The notes under the pieces were generated by a model, which was not told the DNA's origin, made no database searches, and saw nothing but the letters and a program-made list of their open reading frames with translations. A stretch of DNA of 63,989 bases, counting the filler, from an uncultured bacterium (GTDB lineage Bacteria > CAZSTA01), in NCBI GenBank assembly GCA_964609495.1. It is 5 parts of 5 records of this genome, joined end to end, with 100 filler letters (N's around TTAATTAATTAA, not from the genome) between each part and the next. Parts side by side here need not be neighbours in the genome. Positions count along the whole stretch, not along the records: positions 14,707 to 29,174 come from CAZSTA010000086.1; positions 29,275 to 43,378 come from CAZSTA010000087.1; 3 more parts are not named here. One strand, written 5' to 3'. Numbering within the stretch: the stretch's first letter is position 1; every line of letters starts with the position of its first letter. The position numbers were made by a program, and so were the translations under genes. Below are positions 28,391-38,405 of this stretch, one piece after another.

Positions 28391-28801
28391 CTACTTTTCC
28401 TCGGCTATTCTCTTTATTCTATTGAGGGTCCCTTTTGCATATTCTATCAAGCGTGACTCGGTAGGGACTATCTTATAGGTGCCTCCTTCCCTCTTATATT
28501 CGGTGATCACAATTGACATAGTGGTCTTACCGTATTTCTTGGGAGTGAGATAGATAGTCATATCATATCTAGTACTCTCATCCCGCTGACCAGTAACATC
28601 GATCACGCCCTCCTCTTTGCTAGAGGCTGAGGTTATGAAATCAGTGGTATAAGAAAAATGGACCAAAGCGGCCTCATAGACTGCATTCTTAGGGGCATTT
28701 ACTACTATATAATACTCTCCTGGTCCTGATCTTCTTGGTGCTGAGGAACAACCCCCGACCAGAAGGATTATCAGAGCTGATAATATTATCGCCTTTCTCA
28801 T
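28391..28801 (-). CDS. Hypothetical lipoprotein
   Basis: MRK + hydrophobic core + LVGGC lipobox; GGAGG RBS. Confidence 0.75.
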   Translation of the reverse strand: MRKAIILSALIILLVGGCSSAPRRSGPGEYYIVVNAPKNAVYEAALVHFSYTTDFITSASSKEEGVIDVTGQRDESTRYDMTIYLTPKKYGKTTMSIVITEYKREGGTYKIVPTESRLIEYAKGTLNRIKRIAEEK

Positions 28802-28952
28802 CTGATTTTACCTCCCTTAATATCTCGAAGTAAAGACTCGCTCACAAGATAAACCAATTTACCTCACCTACTTTATTATATTTTACCCGATCTAAAAGGA
28901 GAAAGCAAATCTTTATGATATCTGAATAGAGGTGAGGTCTAATCAACTTCTG

Positions 28953-28981
28953 TTGACTTTTCCCTCGATCAGTGCTATAAT
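28953..28981 (+). promoter_or_regulatory. Sigma70-type promoter
   Basis: TTGACT-17-TATAAT with extended TG. Confidence 0.7.
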
Positions 28982-29027
28982 TTGTATAGATTCATTCTGA
29001 GTTGATATTTCGATCAGGGAGTATAAA

Positions 29028-29174
29028 ATGATCCCCTTTATCCTCGATCTCACTGAGAAGTCGCAATCCACCTACGAAGTCCGCTTGGCTGATGGCGATA
29101 TCGCCAGTGAATTCGAGCTACATCTGGATTGGAATCCAGTTCAACAGAAGTTGAATAGTATTATCCGTAGCCTC
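29028..29174 (+). CDS. Hypothetical protein, 3'-truncated by contig end
   Basis: GGGAG RBS and promoter upstream; reading frame open until the Ns. Confidence 0.55.
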
Positions 29175-29274
29175 NNNNNNNNNNNNNNNNNNNNNNNNNN
29201 NNNNNNNNNNNNNNNNNNTTAATTAATTAANNNNNNNNNNNNNNNNNNNNNNNNNNNNNNNNNNNNNNNNNNNN
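29175..29274. other. Artificial contig linker
   Basis: N44-TTAATTAATTAA-N44. Confidence 0.97.
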
Positions 29275-29316
29275 GTATCATATTCTTAGTTCTTCGTTAG
29301 GGAGTTAAAGACTAAT

Positions 29317-29437
29317 TCCCCCTCACCCTGGCCCTCTCCCACGAGGGGAGAGGGAACGTCGAGATTGAACTAAAGCCCTTTATTCCCCCTCCCTCGATGG
29401 GAGGGGGATAGGGGGAGGGTGATTTAAGGGAAGTTCA
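29317..29437 (+). repeat. Family A repeat
   Basis: CCCCCTCACCCTGGCCCTCTCCCACGAGGGGAGAGGGAAC...CCCTCCCTCGATGGGAGGGGG. Confidence 0.9.
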
Positions 29438-29483
29438 ATTTCCCGGCATGGAGTTTTATATGCTTCCTCACTCCTTGGCTATA

Positions 29484-29512
29484 TTGACTTAAAAGAACCT
29501 TTGTGTTATAAT
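29484..29512 (+). promoter_or_regulatory. Sigma70-type promoter; predicted +1 coincides with the ATG (leaderless)
   Basis: TTGACT-17-TATAAT with extended TG; ATG 7 nt after the -10. Confidence 0.72.
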
Positions 29513-29518
29513 TAAAGT

Positions 29519-30106
29519 ATGATAGAGGAGAGAATTACTCAAAAAAATTTCAAATTGATGAGAACTCTATTGACGGTAGGAATAATATTCGCCTTAACTC
29601 TATTGATCATCTTCATAATTCATCAAAGTAAAGAGCGGAAGATCGAGAAGATTGAAGACTATCCCCAGATAGAATCGACCTTGAAAGGTAGCGAGATCTT
29701 GATCTGGAGCAAAGGGAGAAAGCTGGGAGCCCTGTATTCTTCATCCGCTGAGATGGATTTCGACACTCAGGTAACCACTTTGGATAATATAAAGGATGGA
29801 GTGATCTTAGATAACAAAGGAGAACCTGCTCTATCCCTTAAGGCTGATAAAGGATATTATTATGGAAATACCGAAGATGCGACGATGGAGGGAAGCGTCG
29901 AACTTAAGGATATTAAAGAAGGAACGACTTTAAATACCGATAAGTTAGAGTGGAAAGCCAAAGATGAGAAAGTATTAGTTCCTGGGAAGTTGAAGATAAC
30001 GGATAAAGACTATGCCCTGACTGGCGATTCTATGAAATCGGATAGCAAGATGGAGAATATAGAAGTAGAGGGAAGTGTAGAGGCTACCATAATTTTGAGC
30101 GATTGA
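29519..30106 (+). CDS. LptC-like periplasmic beta-jellyroll protein
   Basis: Single N-terminal TM, then LKADKGYY, MEGSVEL, LNTDKLEW, LTGDSMKSD beta-strand repeats. Confidence 0.7.
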   Translation: MIEERITQKNFKLMRTLLTVGIIFALTLLIIFIIHQSKERKIEKIEDYPQIESTLKGSEILIWSKGRKLGALYSSSAEMDFDTQVTTLDNIKDGVILDNKGEPALSLKADKGYYYGNTEDATMEGSVELKDIKEGTTLNTDKLEWKAKDEKVLVPGKLKITDKDYALTGDSMKSDSKMENIEVEGSVEATIILSD

Positions 30107-30119
30107 AGAAAGGACTGCT

Positions 30120-31244
30120 ATGAGATCTAACAATGAAGCTTCTTCCTTAGAACCACGGGAGAAAGAGATAACGAGTGAGCAAAGCTATCTGGATATATGG
30201 AGAGCTACTGCGGAGGAGATATTGGAGACTGGCGGTATCTCTATGGTTCTTGGAGGTACTGATACTGGGAAGACTACTTTCTTCGCCTTCCTAGCCAACA
30301 CCCTTCTTAGAGCGGGGAAAAGGGTGGCTTTGGTAGATGTCGATATGGGGCAATCGGATATCGGCCCTCCTACCACTATCGGATTGGCGATTCTTGATAA
30401 GCCATTTGGTAGTTTAGATGAAATAGCCCCCGATGCTCTATACTTCATCGGCTCTACATCTCCTCGGGGTCATCTTCTACCTACCGTTGTAGGAACCAAA
30501 AAATTAGTGGATAAGGGGCTAGCTAAAGGAGCCGAGCTGGTAATTATTAACACCACTGGTTTAGTTCATGGGAGTATGGCTAGAGCTCTCAAACATCACA
30601 AGATTAACTTAGTTCGCCCTCAGCACCTGATAGTTCTTCAGCGAAATAACGAAATAGAGGCTATAGTCAGCCCCTGGGAAGGAGTAACTGGATTCTCCAT
30701 TCATAGACCTCCCATCTATCAGAAATTGCGGATGAAATCCCAGCTCGAGCGAAGATTTAACAGAGAGACAAAGTTTAGGAGTTATTTTACCTCCGCAAGA
30801 CCTGTTGAGATATCCCTAGAGAGGGTTATAAGTTCACGTAACATCTTCCGCTCTGGCCGAGAGCTAGCTGAGGCTCAACTTAAACAGATAGGCAATCTAT
30901 TGGATTGTAAGATATTGTATGGAGAAAAAGAGAATAAAGAACTCTTCCTGGTGACTGAAGTAGATTGTGGAATAAGGGAGCTATTCCGAGTTCGGAGTCA
31001 ATTCGGAGTGGAGAAGATATATGTAAATACTCCTGAGGATTTCTCCGATCTATTAGTGGGGATCTACGATCGAGAGAATGAACTTATAGCTATTGGTATC
31101 TTGGAGAAGATCGACTTCAGCAAAAGGGAGATCAGGGTCATTACTCCTTTAGATAATGATAGATCGATAGGTAGGATAGAGCTCGGTCTATTGAGGATAA
31201 ATTCTCAAGGGGAGGAGCTAGGGCGACTGAATAGAAGGCTTTAA
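30120..31244 (+). CDS. Clp1/Grc3-family polynucleotide 5'-hydroxyl kinase
   Basis: GGTDTGKTT, DVDMGQSDIGPPTTIG, YFIGSTSP, INTTGLV, RRFNRE lid motif. Confidence 0.88.
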   Translation: MRSNNEASSLEPREKEITSEQSYLDIWRATAEEILETGGISMVLGGTDTGKTTFFAFLANTLLRAGKRVALVDVDMGQSDIGPPTTIGLAILDKPFGSLDEIAPDALYFIGSTSPRGHLLPTVVGTKKLVDKGLAKGAELVIINTTGLVHGSMARALKHHKINLVRPQHLIVLQRNNEIEAIVSPWEGVTGFSIHRPPIYQKLRMKSQLERRFNRETKFRSYFTSARPVEISLERVISSRNIFRSGRELAEAQLKQIGNLLDCKILYGEKENKELFLVTEVDCGIRELFRVRSQFGVEKIYVNTPEDFSDLLVGIYDRENELIAIGILEKIDFSKREIRVITPLDNDRSIGRIELGLLRINSQGEELGRLNRRL

Positions 31245-31310
31245 GGGGTTGATTCTCAGTCCAGATATGAAGGGAAACTTTTTGATTCACACTTTAATAA
31301 GGGAAAAGTG

Positions 31311-31340
31311 GAGCCCCTAAAGCTTGGGGTTTTTTCTTTT
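31311..31340 (+). terminator. Putative intrinsic terminator
   Basis: GAGCCCC-loop-GGGGTTT followed by a T-run. Confidence 0.5.
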
Positions 31341-31369
31341 CTAGCTTTAATAAGGAAAGGAGTTTTATT

Positions 31370-32080
31370 ATGAGAATCAGAAATCTTCATCGGTGGAATG
31401 TCTCTCCTCAAGAGGCTATGAAGATCCAATCTCAATTGAAGGAAGAGCTAATCCTAGAAAATGGCTTCGACAAAATAGATAAGATCGCTGGAGCTGATAT
31501 ATCATATTCCAAAGGGAGCAATGAGCTATATGCGGCTGTGCTTGTATTTTCTTATCCTTCTCTGGCGGTTATAGAGAGGGCCGAGGCGGTCGCTACCGTT
31601 GATTTCCCTTACATCCCTGGCCTTTTAGCCTTTCGAGAGGGACCACCTTTACTAAAAGCCTTCGAGAAGATCGAGCAGGAACCAGACCTCATTATCTTCG
31701 ATGGGCAAGGGATAGCTCACCAAAGAGGATTAGGGATAGCCACTCATATGGGAATATTGTTCGATAAACCTACAATCGGATGTGCTAAGAGCAGACTAGT
31801 GGGGGAGTATAAAAAGCCAGATTTAGAGAAAGGATCCAATACCCCCTTAGTATATAAGGGAAGGGTTATAGGAGCGGTCGTAAGGACCAGGGATAACATA
31901 GAACCGGTTTTCGTCTCCCCGGGATTTAAGATAGATGTTAAAACTTCGGTGGATATAGTCCTAAGTTGCTGTCAAAAGTATAAGCTTCCCGAACCCAGTA
32001 GGCAAGCTCACATCCTGGCTAATAGAATCCGAGTTGAGGGAGAGAAGCGAGGAGATTCGATCCAACAAAGTTTATTTTGA
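31370..32080 (+). CDS. nfi: Endonuclease V (deoxyinosine 3' endonuclease)
   Basis: AGADISY, FPYIPGLLAFRE, FDGQGIAH, GCAKSRL, PVFVSPG, KLPEPSRQAH. Confidence 0.96.
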   Translation: MRIRNLHRWNVSPQEAMKIQSQLKEELILENGFDKIDKIAGADISYSKGSNELYAAVLVFSYPSLAVIERAEAVATVDFPYIPGLLAFREGPPLLKAFEKIEQEPDLIIFDGQGIAHQRGLGIATHMGILFDKPTIGCAKSRLVGEYKKPDLEKGSNTPLVYKGRVIGAVVRTRDNIEPVFVSPGFKIDVKTSVDIVLSCCQKYKLPEPSRQAHILANRIRVEGEKRGDSIQQSLF

Positions 32081-32209
32081 ACAGCGACTAGTTAAGTTAT
32101 CAAATGAACTTTCCCCTCGCTAATCTTGTCAAATCTTCTTTTTTTTGATATACTAAATGAGGATATAAAGCCATTTCATCTTGATATCATACCCAAAGGA
32201 GTGATCGAG

Positions 32210-32509
32210 ATGCCCAGACGAGGTTTAACCCGCTTAGTAGGAGAGGCTATAAATGATGATGATTGGTTTGAGGAATTTTCAGCCCAATACACTTCTAAAT
32301 TAGCAGAGTGGTATCAAAGGACGTGTAGAGAAGTTAGTGGCTGGGATTTCTCGGTAGCCCTAGGAGAAGCTTTGGAGGATATTCCTGGTTTCTTCTATAG
32401 CGATTATGAAAGATGGATGAGAGCCTATGAGAAGTGGAGGAGAAGGTTGGAGAGGGAGAAACAAGTATTAAGAGAGAAGCGATTGAAAGAGGAGGAATAC
32501 TATTACTGA
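32210..32509 (+). CDS. Hypothetical protein
   Basis: AGGAG RBS; TTGTCA-17-TATACT promoter at 32126-32154; charged helical C-terminus. Confidence 0.65.
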   Translation: MPRRGLTRLVGEAINDDDWFEEFSAQYTSKLAEWYQRTCREVSGWDFSVALGEALEDIPGFFYSDYERWMRAYEKWRRRLEREKQVLREKRLKEEEYYY

Positions 32510-32539
32510 TTTAACAGAGAGGAGTGACTCAAGGATAAG

Positions 32540-33862
32540 ATGATAGAACCCCGCATTCTGAAAGGCACTAGAGATCTATTACCTGAAACGATGCAGATTC
32601 GCCAATATGTCATTGGCGTGCTAAAGGAGATATTCGAGAGATTCGGTTTTGAGCCATTAGAGACTCCCGCGATAGAGTATGCAGAGACCTTCGAGGGCAA
32701 ATCTGATGAGGAGACAGATAAACTTATCTACAAATTTAAGGATAGGGGCAACCGTCGCATAGCCCTACGTTACGAGTTAAACGTTGCCCTCGCTAGGGTG
32801 ATCGCTATGTATCCGGAGTTGGTTAAGCCTTTCAAAAGATACCAGATGGGTCCAGTTTGGCGAGCAGATAAGCCCCAGAAGGGACGATATAGAGAGCTTT
32901 GGCAATGCGATATCGACTCTGTTGGCACCTCCAGTATGCTCGCCGATGCCGAACTGATCATCATAGTCTATGAGGCTCTAACCAGGCTCGGCTTTGAACA
33001 CTTCACCATAAAGATTAATAATCGCAAGATCCTCTCCTCTCTCGCTCAATACGTTGGAGTCCCAGAGACCCAATCGGGGAATATCTATCGCGCTATAGAC
33101 AAATTGGAGAAGATCGGGGCGGAGGGAGTGCGCGCCGAACTGATAAATACGGGCTTGAATGAAACCATAAGCGATAGACTACTAGATTTAGTTCAAGAGA
33201 AGGGTGATAATGAAAAGCTCATCGCTGAGATGAAGGAGAAGTTAGTCGGCTTCCCCAAGGGCTTGGAGGGAGTTATCGAGCTGGAAGGGATAATAAACTA
33301 TCTCGAGGATGCCGAGGTGTCGGATAAGTATTATCAGATCGATCTCAGTATGGTGCGAGGTTTAGGATATTATACTGGTCCTATCTTCGAGACGGTGGTG
33401 GAGAAGCCTAAAATCGGGAGTCTCGGCGGTGGGGGAAGGTATGACAATCTGGTGGGCATCTTCAGCAAACAGAATTATCCAGCTACTGGATATAGCTTCG
33501 GATTGGAGAGGATCATAGATGTTATAGAAGAGTTGAATATGATCCCATCTAGCGTGGGAAAAACGATAACTCAAGCTCTAGTTACCACCTTCGATTCGGG
33601 ATTAGCGGGGGCCTCTTTGAACTTGGCTAATAAACTGCGAGATAAAGGAATTCGAACCGAGATGTATCTGAAAGAGAATGACAACTTGGGCAAACAATTT
33701 AGATATGCCGATCGGAAGGGAATACCCTATGTGCTTATCCTAGGTCCTGATGAGAAGAGGGAAGGTTCGGTAACCGTAAAGGATATGAAAAGTGGGGAGC
33801 AGATCAGCTTATCTGAGGACAAGGTAGCTGATTTCATTAATAATAAATTATCATCAGTCTAG
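32540..33862 (+). CDS. hisS: Histidine--tRNA ligase
   Basis: KGTRDLLP, ALRYEL, WRADKPQKGRYRE, VRGLGYYTG, GGGRYDNL, FGLERI. Confidence 0.97.
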   Translation: MIEPRILKGTRDLLPETMQIRQYVIGVLKEIFERFGFEPLETPAIEYAETFEGKSDEETDKLIYKFKDRGNRRIALRYELNVALARVIAMYPELVKPFKRYQMGPVWRADKPQKGRYRELWQCDIDSVGTSSMLADAELIIIVYEALTRLGFEHFTIKINNRKILSSLAQYVGVPETQSGNIYRAIDKLEKIGAEGVRAELINTGLNETISDRLLDLVQEKGDNEKLIAEMKEKLVGFPKGLEGVIELEGIINYLEDAEVSDKYYQIDLSMVRGLGYYTGPIFETVVEKPKIGSLGGGGRYDNLVGIFSKQNYPATGYSFGLERIIDVIEELNMIPSSVGKTITQALVTTFDSGLAGASLNLANKLRDKGIRTEMYLKENDNLGKQFRYADRKGIPYVLILGPDEKREGSVTVKDMKSGEQISLSEDKVADFINNKLSSV

Positions 33863-33921
33863 TTAGGTAAGTATTGATATGGAAAGCAGAAACTCAAGAA
33901 AAGGAGAAAAAGAGAAGATTA

Positions 33922-36900
33922 ATGAAAAACAGAAGAAGTAGGATAGTAATCGGTTTATTAATTCTCTCCCTAATTTTGACCCTCTCCAGCCTGACCTGGG
34001 CTCGCCCTCAAGAGGGTGCAGAAGAGGTTTCCGATAATTTCGCTAAAAGTAGTTTTGAATTTATCTCAGAAGGCAGGACTCCTCGTCCTCTACCCATCAA
34101 TTTACCAAAACAATATTTCCATATCGTCTCTGACGAACCCTTTAATACTATAGTTGATGGTCCTATGAACGCCTTAGTAGTAGAAATAGACGATGCAAGT
34201 GATGATCAGGCAGTTAATAGAGCTATCAAGGATGCCCTTTGGAGGGCTAAAGGAACTCTCGATCCAGATATAGCCAGAGATGATATGATTGATATAATCG
34301 TGATGCTTATGGAGAAGGGCAAGCTACTCCTCCCCGATCTCGAGATGGCTAGAATGGGAATGAAGGCGCTAGGGGATCCAGAGAACGAAATCCATCTGGT
34401 CTTCTTAGATTGGGAGCCTGCGGATGAGGATGCTTGGTATGTCTTCTTCTATGGCCCAGATCACGAGATCGGCGGTGATGGATTAGGGATATATCCTCTT
34501 ATGAAGAAGATATATGGATCTCCCGGCTTCGATATCACGGTAACTGTCATCAGAGATAACGATATGCCCCCGGGAGTAGCCGCCTATACGATCCCCGCCC
34601 GCAATGAGGTCCATATGCCCGATTTCGAGAAGATGCAGGAGTGGGGATATACCCTCGATCAATTCAGGCAAGTTCTAGTTCACGAGTTAATCCATGATTT
34701 TCACGATGATCTGGTCTTTGCGATGGATGCTTGGGAGGAGGGTTTCACCGAAGGGGCTTCGGTGATGGCCATGAATCTCTATAAATATAGAGATGATCCC
34801 AATACTCTCGAGACCCTTCATTTTGGCTCTTATGATTCTTGGAATCAACCTGGAATAGGAGGATGTTTCCGCTTCAGCTACTTCGGTATAGATCGTTTGG
34901 CAAGGGAGAGATACGATCAATCCGCCGCCGCTTGGCAGAAGGTTGTATTGGGGTATCCTAACTTCTGGAAGAAATTCAATGCTCAATATTATCAAGATGC
35001 CGCTACCGCTCCTTATCTTCCGGGTGATACTCCCGCTCTGAAGAAGATCGCGGCTAATTATGCCCCTATCGTAGAGGGGCTAGCTTTCTACGAATGGTAT
35101 GGAAGGCAATATATCTTGAATACCAGCCCTCCCCCCAACTTTACTGATAGGATATTCATCAACAACTTACCTCAACCTCTCGATTCCCCCTCCTCCTTGC
35201 CAACTCCAATCGAGTGCCTACCTGAAGGAGAGCAGGGATTAAGTGTTGAGCTATTCTGCTGGTGGACTTATGATCAATACGAGATCGGTAATGGGGGAAC
35301 TGGAACTCTGACCTTTACCGATGCCGCGGGAGGGGAAATTGGGAAGGATACGATGGATTTCATAAGTGGTAATAATGTGATCGCCGCGGGAGGAACGACC
35401 GATTCTAATTGTGGATTCTATAATAGACGTTTTTATGCTATACCTGAGGGATTAGATCCTCAACGAATAAAGATCGATTTAGATGTTATGACCGAGTTCG
35501 ACACCGAGCTAGCGACCTCCGTCTATTATGAGCATAAAGTTTATGAAAACAAAGATGCAGGTGTATACGGCTGTATAGTTGGAGAAGACGGAGGAGAGGT
35601 GACGGTCTTCGCGGACACTTCCGCGACCGCTACTTATACAGCAGAGGTCTCTAAGGGAGTCTTCGAGCTTCCTGACACCCTTATGATAGATAAGCCCCAG
35701 AAGTTGAATATAACCTATGCCCTTCCCGATGGGAATACAACCTCTTGGAAGAGAAATACCGGTTATGAATACTATCGACTCCAGGTATGGCCTCAGGGGT
35801 TATCTGCTATCCTTCAAATCCTGGGCTATCCAGAGATAAGCGATGGATATATCGATGATCAGGGAAACTTTGTTGAGGGAGATGGAGATTTCTCCTCTGG
35901 TGACGTAGTTCGCGTCAACTTCAAACTAACGAATGTTGGAACAGCCGATGCTCAAGGAGTAGTTATAGACTTCTCCGAGGTTGATAAGAATCTATATCCT
36001 ATGGGACATATCGAGGTAGGGGATTTTCCAGTTAACGCGATAGGGGAAGCTACGGTATATTTCATTATCGAATACAGCGCCCCCGATAAATATACGTTGC
36101 CGATAAAGATAAAGGCTACCGATGTTTTGAGCAGAGAGTTCTGCTTAGTTGACACCTCCGTGGTAATCACCGATAAGACTCCTCCTATTCCCACTGTGGT
36201 TACCACTGATCCTAAGTTCGTTCCTGTAGGAAGTTCGGGAACGATAACGGTGGAGGGATTGATAGATGGCTCTGGAGTCGCTCTGGTAAAGGCGATACTC
36301 GAAGATCCAACCGGGGTCAATCCAGATGTGGAAATAGTATTAACAGAGAGCGCAACAGCTCAAGGTGGTGTCTTCACGGGTAGCTTTACTCCCCCAGTTG
36401 AGGGCAACTGGGTTGTCGATATCAGCACCAAGGATGGAGTCGGAAACAAGGGGAACTTCTCCGACATGGCAGGAATGAGCAGTCGCGAACTTCAAGATAG
36501 TGCTGATCTATTCCTCATCCTCCCACCAGAGACTTATGATATCGCCCTTGATGCGGTTGCAGATGTCCGAGATTACTACCAGGATGCGCTAAAGGCTAAT
36601 TCGTTCGATTACGAGGTATGGGATAGCTGGTTCCGAGGGAATATGGACATAGATGTTTGGCAAGGCAAAGAGTATAGGGTAACGATCTGGGTTGCCCCTG
36701 TTCCTGGAGCCACCTCCTTATGGGATCCATCCTTAGTCGATGGGCTTAAAGATTATATGAGCAAAGGTGGTCGTCTCTTCATCACTGGACAGGATATCGG
36801 TTGGGCCGCCTATGAAGGACATATAGATGCGGAATTTTATGAAAAGTTCCTCTCCGCCAAGTTCATTGAGGATTCGAGTAGCGACTTTTGCCTCGTGGGG

Positions 36901-38136
36901 ACTGATATCATAGGCGATATTCCGCTTACGATCGAGGGTGGAGATGGGGCAGATAATCAAGAGTATCCGAGCGTGATCGATACCGTTGATCCAGCCAGGG
37001 ACATCCTGAGCTATGCCACTCAAGGAGGGATCGGAGCGCTTCGAGTCGATAGGGGATGGTGGAAGACGGTCTATCTAGCCTTCGGTTACGAGGCTATAGA
37101 TAACGCGACCGATAGAAACCTCGTTATGAAGAAGATCATCGATTGGCTATTAGCAGTCAACTACGATGTGGGGATCGATCTGGTAGCGACCGACCCCTAT
37201 CCCTTTGCAGTCAATACCAGTCCTGATATTCTGGTGACCGTATCCAATCAGGGCGATACGAGAGAAGAGACCGACCTCAAAATTCGAGTTTATGCCGATA
37301 ACTCCCCAGTAGGAGATGAACAGACCATAGCTGAGTTGAAACCGCATGAGAGCAAAGTTCTGACCTTCACTGGCTGGAAAGCAGGTAATACTAGTAAAAA
37401 GGTTACCCTTAAGGCTCTCATCACCAGTCCACCAGTCGAAGGGGAGGAGGATCTTGTTGATAACGAGGTTATCCTCGAGGTTCAGGCTGTATCCACCGAT
37501 ACAGTGCCTCCGGTGATCACCAGAGCGATGGTCAACCCCAACATTTTCACTCCAGATAAGTATGGAACTAGGTTCACCACTCTCTCCTTTTCGCTGTCCG
37601 AACCTAGCTTGGTCACTGTAGGAATTTATGATAAATCGGAAAATTTGGTTAAGATTCTGGCGGATAAGGAGGCAGTCGAGAAGGGATCCTACTCGACTAC
37701 CTGGGATGGTGCGAGCGATCAGGGTCAGATCGTTGCTGAGGGGGTATATACCATCAAAATCGAGGCTCAGGATATCCTGGGCAATCAGTCCAACCCGATT
37801 CAAATCGAGGTGGAAGTGGTAAGCGGGGCCATAAAGATAGTTAACCTCCATCCCTCCCCGAACCCCTATAATCCCGATAGGGGCGCCTTGAAGATTATAT
37901 ACACTCTGACGGTCGGAGGACACGATATAGAGGTTAGGATATACAATACCGCCGGAGAGTTGATCCGAGAGCTATCTGAGATAGGACAGCCTTACGGAGA
38001 TAACTATATCGAGTGGGATGGCACTGATGAGGATGGAGAGACGGTGCTAAACGGACTCTACATCTTCCAAATCAGGGCGACCGATGTGGATAACAACACC
38101 GCCTCCAAGATCGAGACGATCGTAGTTATAAAGTAG
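33922..38136 (+). CDS. Large secreted gluzincin-type metalloprotease with CARDB/Ig domains and two C-terminal FlgD-Ig domains
   Basis: Signal peptide; HELIH...WEEGFTE; NPNIFTP..WDGASDQGQIVAEGVY and PSPNPYNP..WDGTDEDGETVLNGLYIF. Confidence 0.8.
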   Translation: MKNRRSRIVIGLLILSLILTLSSLTWARPQEGAEEVSDNFAKSSFEFISEGRTPRPLPINLPKQYFHIVSDEPFNTIVDGPMNALVVEIDDASDDQAVNRAIKDALWRAKGTLDPDIARDDMIDIIVMLMEKGKLLLPDLEMARMGMKALGDPENEIHLVFLDWEPADEDAWYVFFYGPDHEIGGDGLGIYPLMKKIYGSPGFDITVTVIRDNDMPPGVAAYTIPARNEVHMPDFEKMQEWGYTLDQFRQVLVHELIHDFHDDLVFAMDAWEEGFTEGASVMAMNLYKYRDDPNTLETLHFGSYDSWNQPGIGGCFRFSYFGIDRLARERYDQSAAAWQKVVLGYPNFWKKFNAQYYQDAATAPYLPGDTPALKKIAANYAPIVEGLAFYEWYGRQYILNTSPPPNFTDRIFINNLPQPLDSPSSLPTPIECLPEGEQGLSVELFCWWTYDQYEIGNGGTGTLTFTDAAGGEIGKDTMDFISGNNVIAAGGTTDSNCGFYNRRFYAIPEGLDPQRIKIDLDVMTEFDTELATSVYYEHKVYENKDAGVYGCIVGEDGGEVTVFADTSATATYTAEVSKGVFELPDTLMIDKPQKLNITYALPDGNTTSWKRNTGYEYYRLQVWPQGLSAILQILGYPEISDGYIDDQGNFVEGDGDFSSGDVVRVNFKLTNVGTADAQGVVIDFSEVDKNLYPMGHIEVGDFPVNAIGEATVYFIIEYSAPDKYTLPIKIKATDVLSREFCLVDTSVVITDKTPPIPTVVTTDPKFVPVGSSGTITVEGLIDGSGVALVKAILEDPTGVNPDVEIVLTESATAQGGVFTGSFTPPVEGNWVVDISTKDGVGNKGNFSDMAGMSSRELQDSADLFLILPPETYDIALDAVADVRDYYQDALKANSFDYEVWDSWFRGNMDIDVWQGKEYRVTIWVAPVPGATSLWDPSLVDGLKDYMSKGGRLFITGQDIGWAAYEGHIDAEFYEKFLSAKFIEDSSSDFCLVGTDIIGDIPLTIEGGDGADNQEYPSVIDTVDPARDILSYATQGGIGALRVDRGWWKTVYLAFGYEAIDNATDRNLVMKKIIDWLLAVNYDVGIDLVATDPYPFAVNTSPDILVTVSNQGDTREETDLKIRVYADNSPVGDEQTIAELKPHESKVLTFTGWKAGNTSKKVTLKALITSPPVEGEEDLVDNEVILEVQAVSTDTVPPVITRAMVNPNIFTPDKYGTRFTTLSFSLSEPSLVTVGIYDKSENLVKILADKEAVEKGSYSTTWDGASDQGQIVAEGVYTIKIEAQDILGNQSNPIQIEVEVVSGAIKIVNLHPSPNPYNPDRGALKIIYTLTVGGHDIEVRIYNTAGELIRELSEIGQPYGDNYIEWDGTDEDGETVLNGLYIFQIRATDVDNNTASKIETIVVIK

Positions 38137-38154
38137 CAGAAAGGGAGAGGAGTA

Positions 38155-38381
38155 GTGAATTCAAGATATGATCCCCCTAACCTATCCCACGAGGGGAAAA
38201 AGGTAACTTTTTAACCATGAGTTCTATTGACTGCAAAAAAGTTACCTTTTAGGGAACATCGAGATAAGCTCGATCTCTTTAGTTCCCCCTCCCTTGACGG
38301 GAGGGGTTAGGGGAGGGTGATTTAAGGTGAGTTCAAGGACTAATCTGCTCCCGAACATCCCAGACAAGAAATTTTGAAACT
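38155..38381 (+). repeat. Family A repeat with nested family B element (38197-38250)
   Basis: CCCACGAGGGG[AAAAAGGTAACTTTT..AAAAGTTACCTTTT]AGGGAACATCGAGAT. Confidence 0.9.
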
Positions 38382-38405
38382 GCTTGAATAGGAGGATTAA
38401 GATAG

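Noticed and set aside
37150-37923. 257-aa antisense ORF and the many other 60-140 aa overlapping ORFs in the track
   Set aside because: They are shadows of well-supported genes, with no recognisable motifs or RBS.
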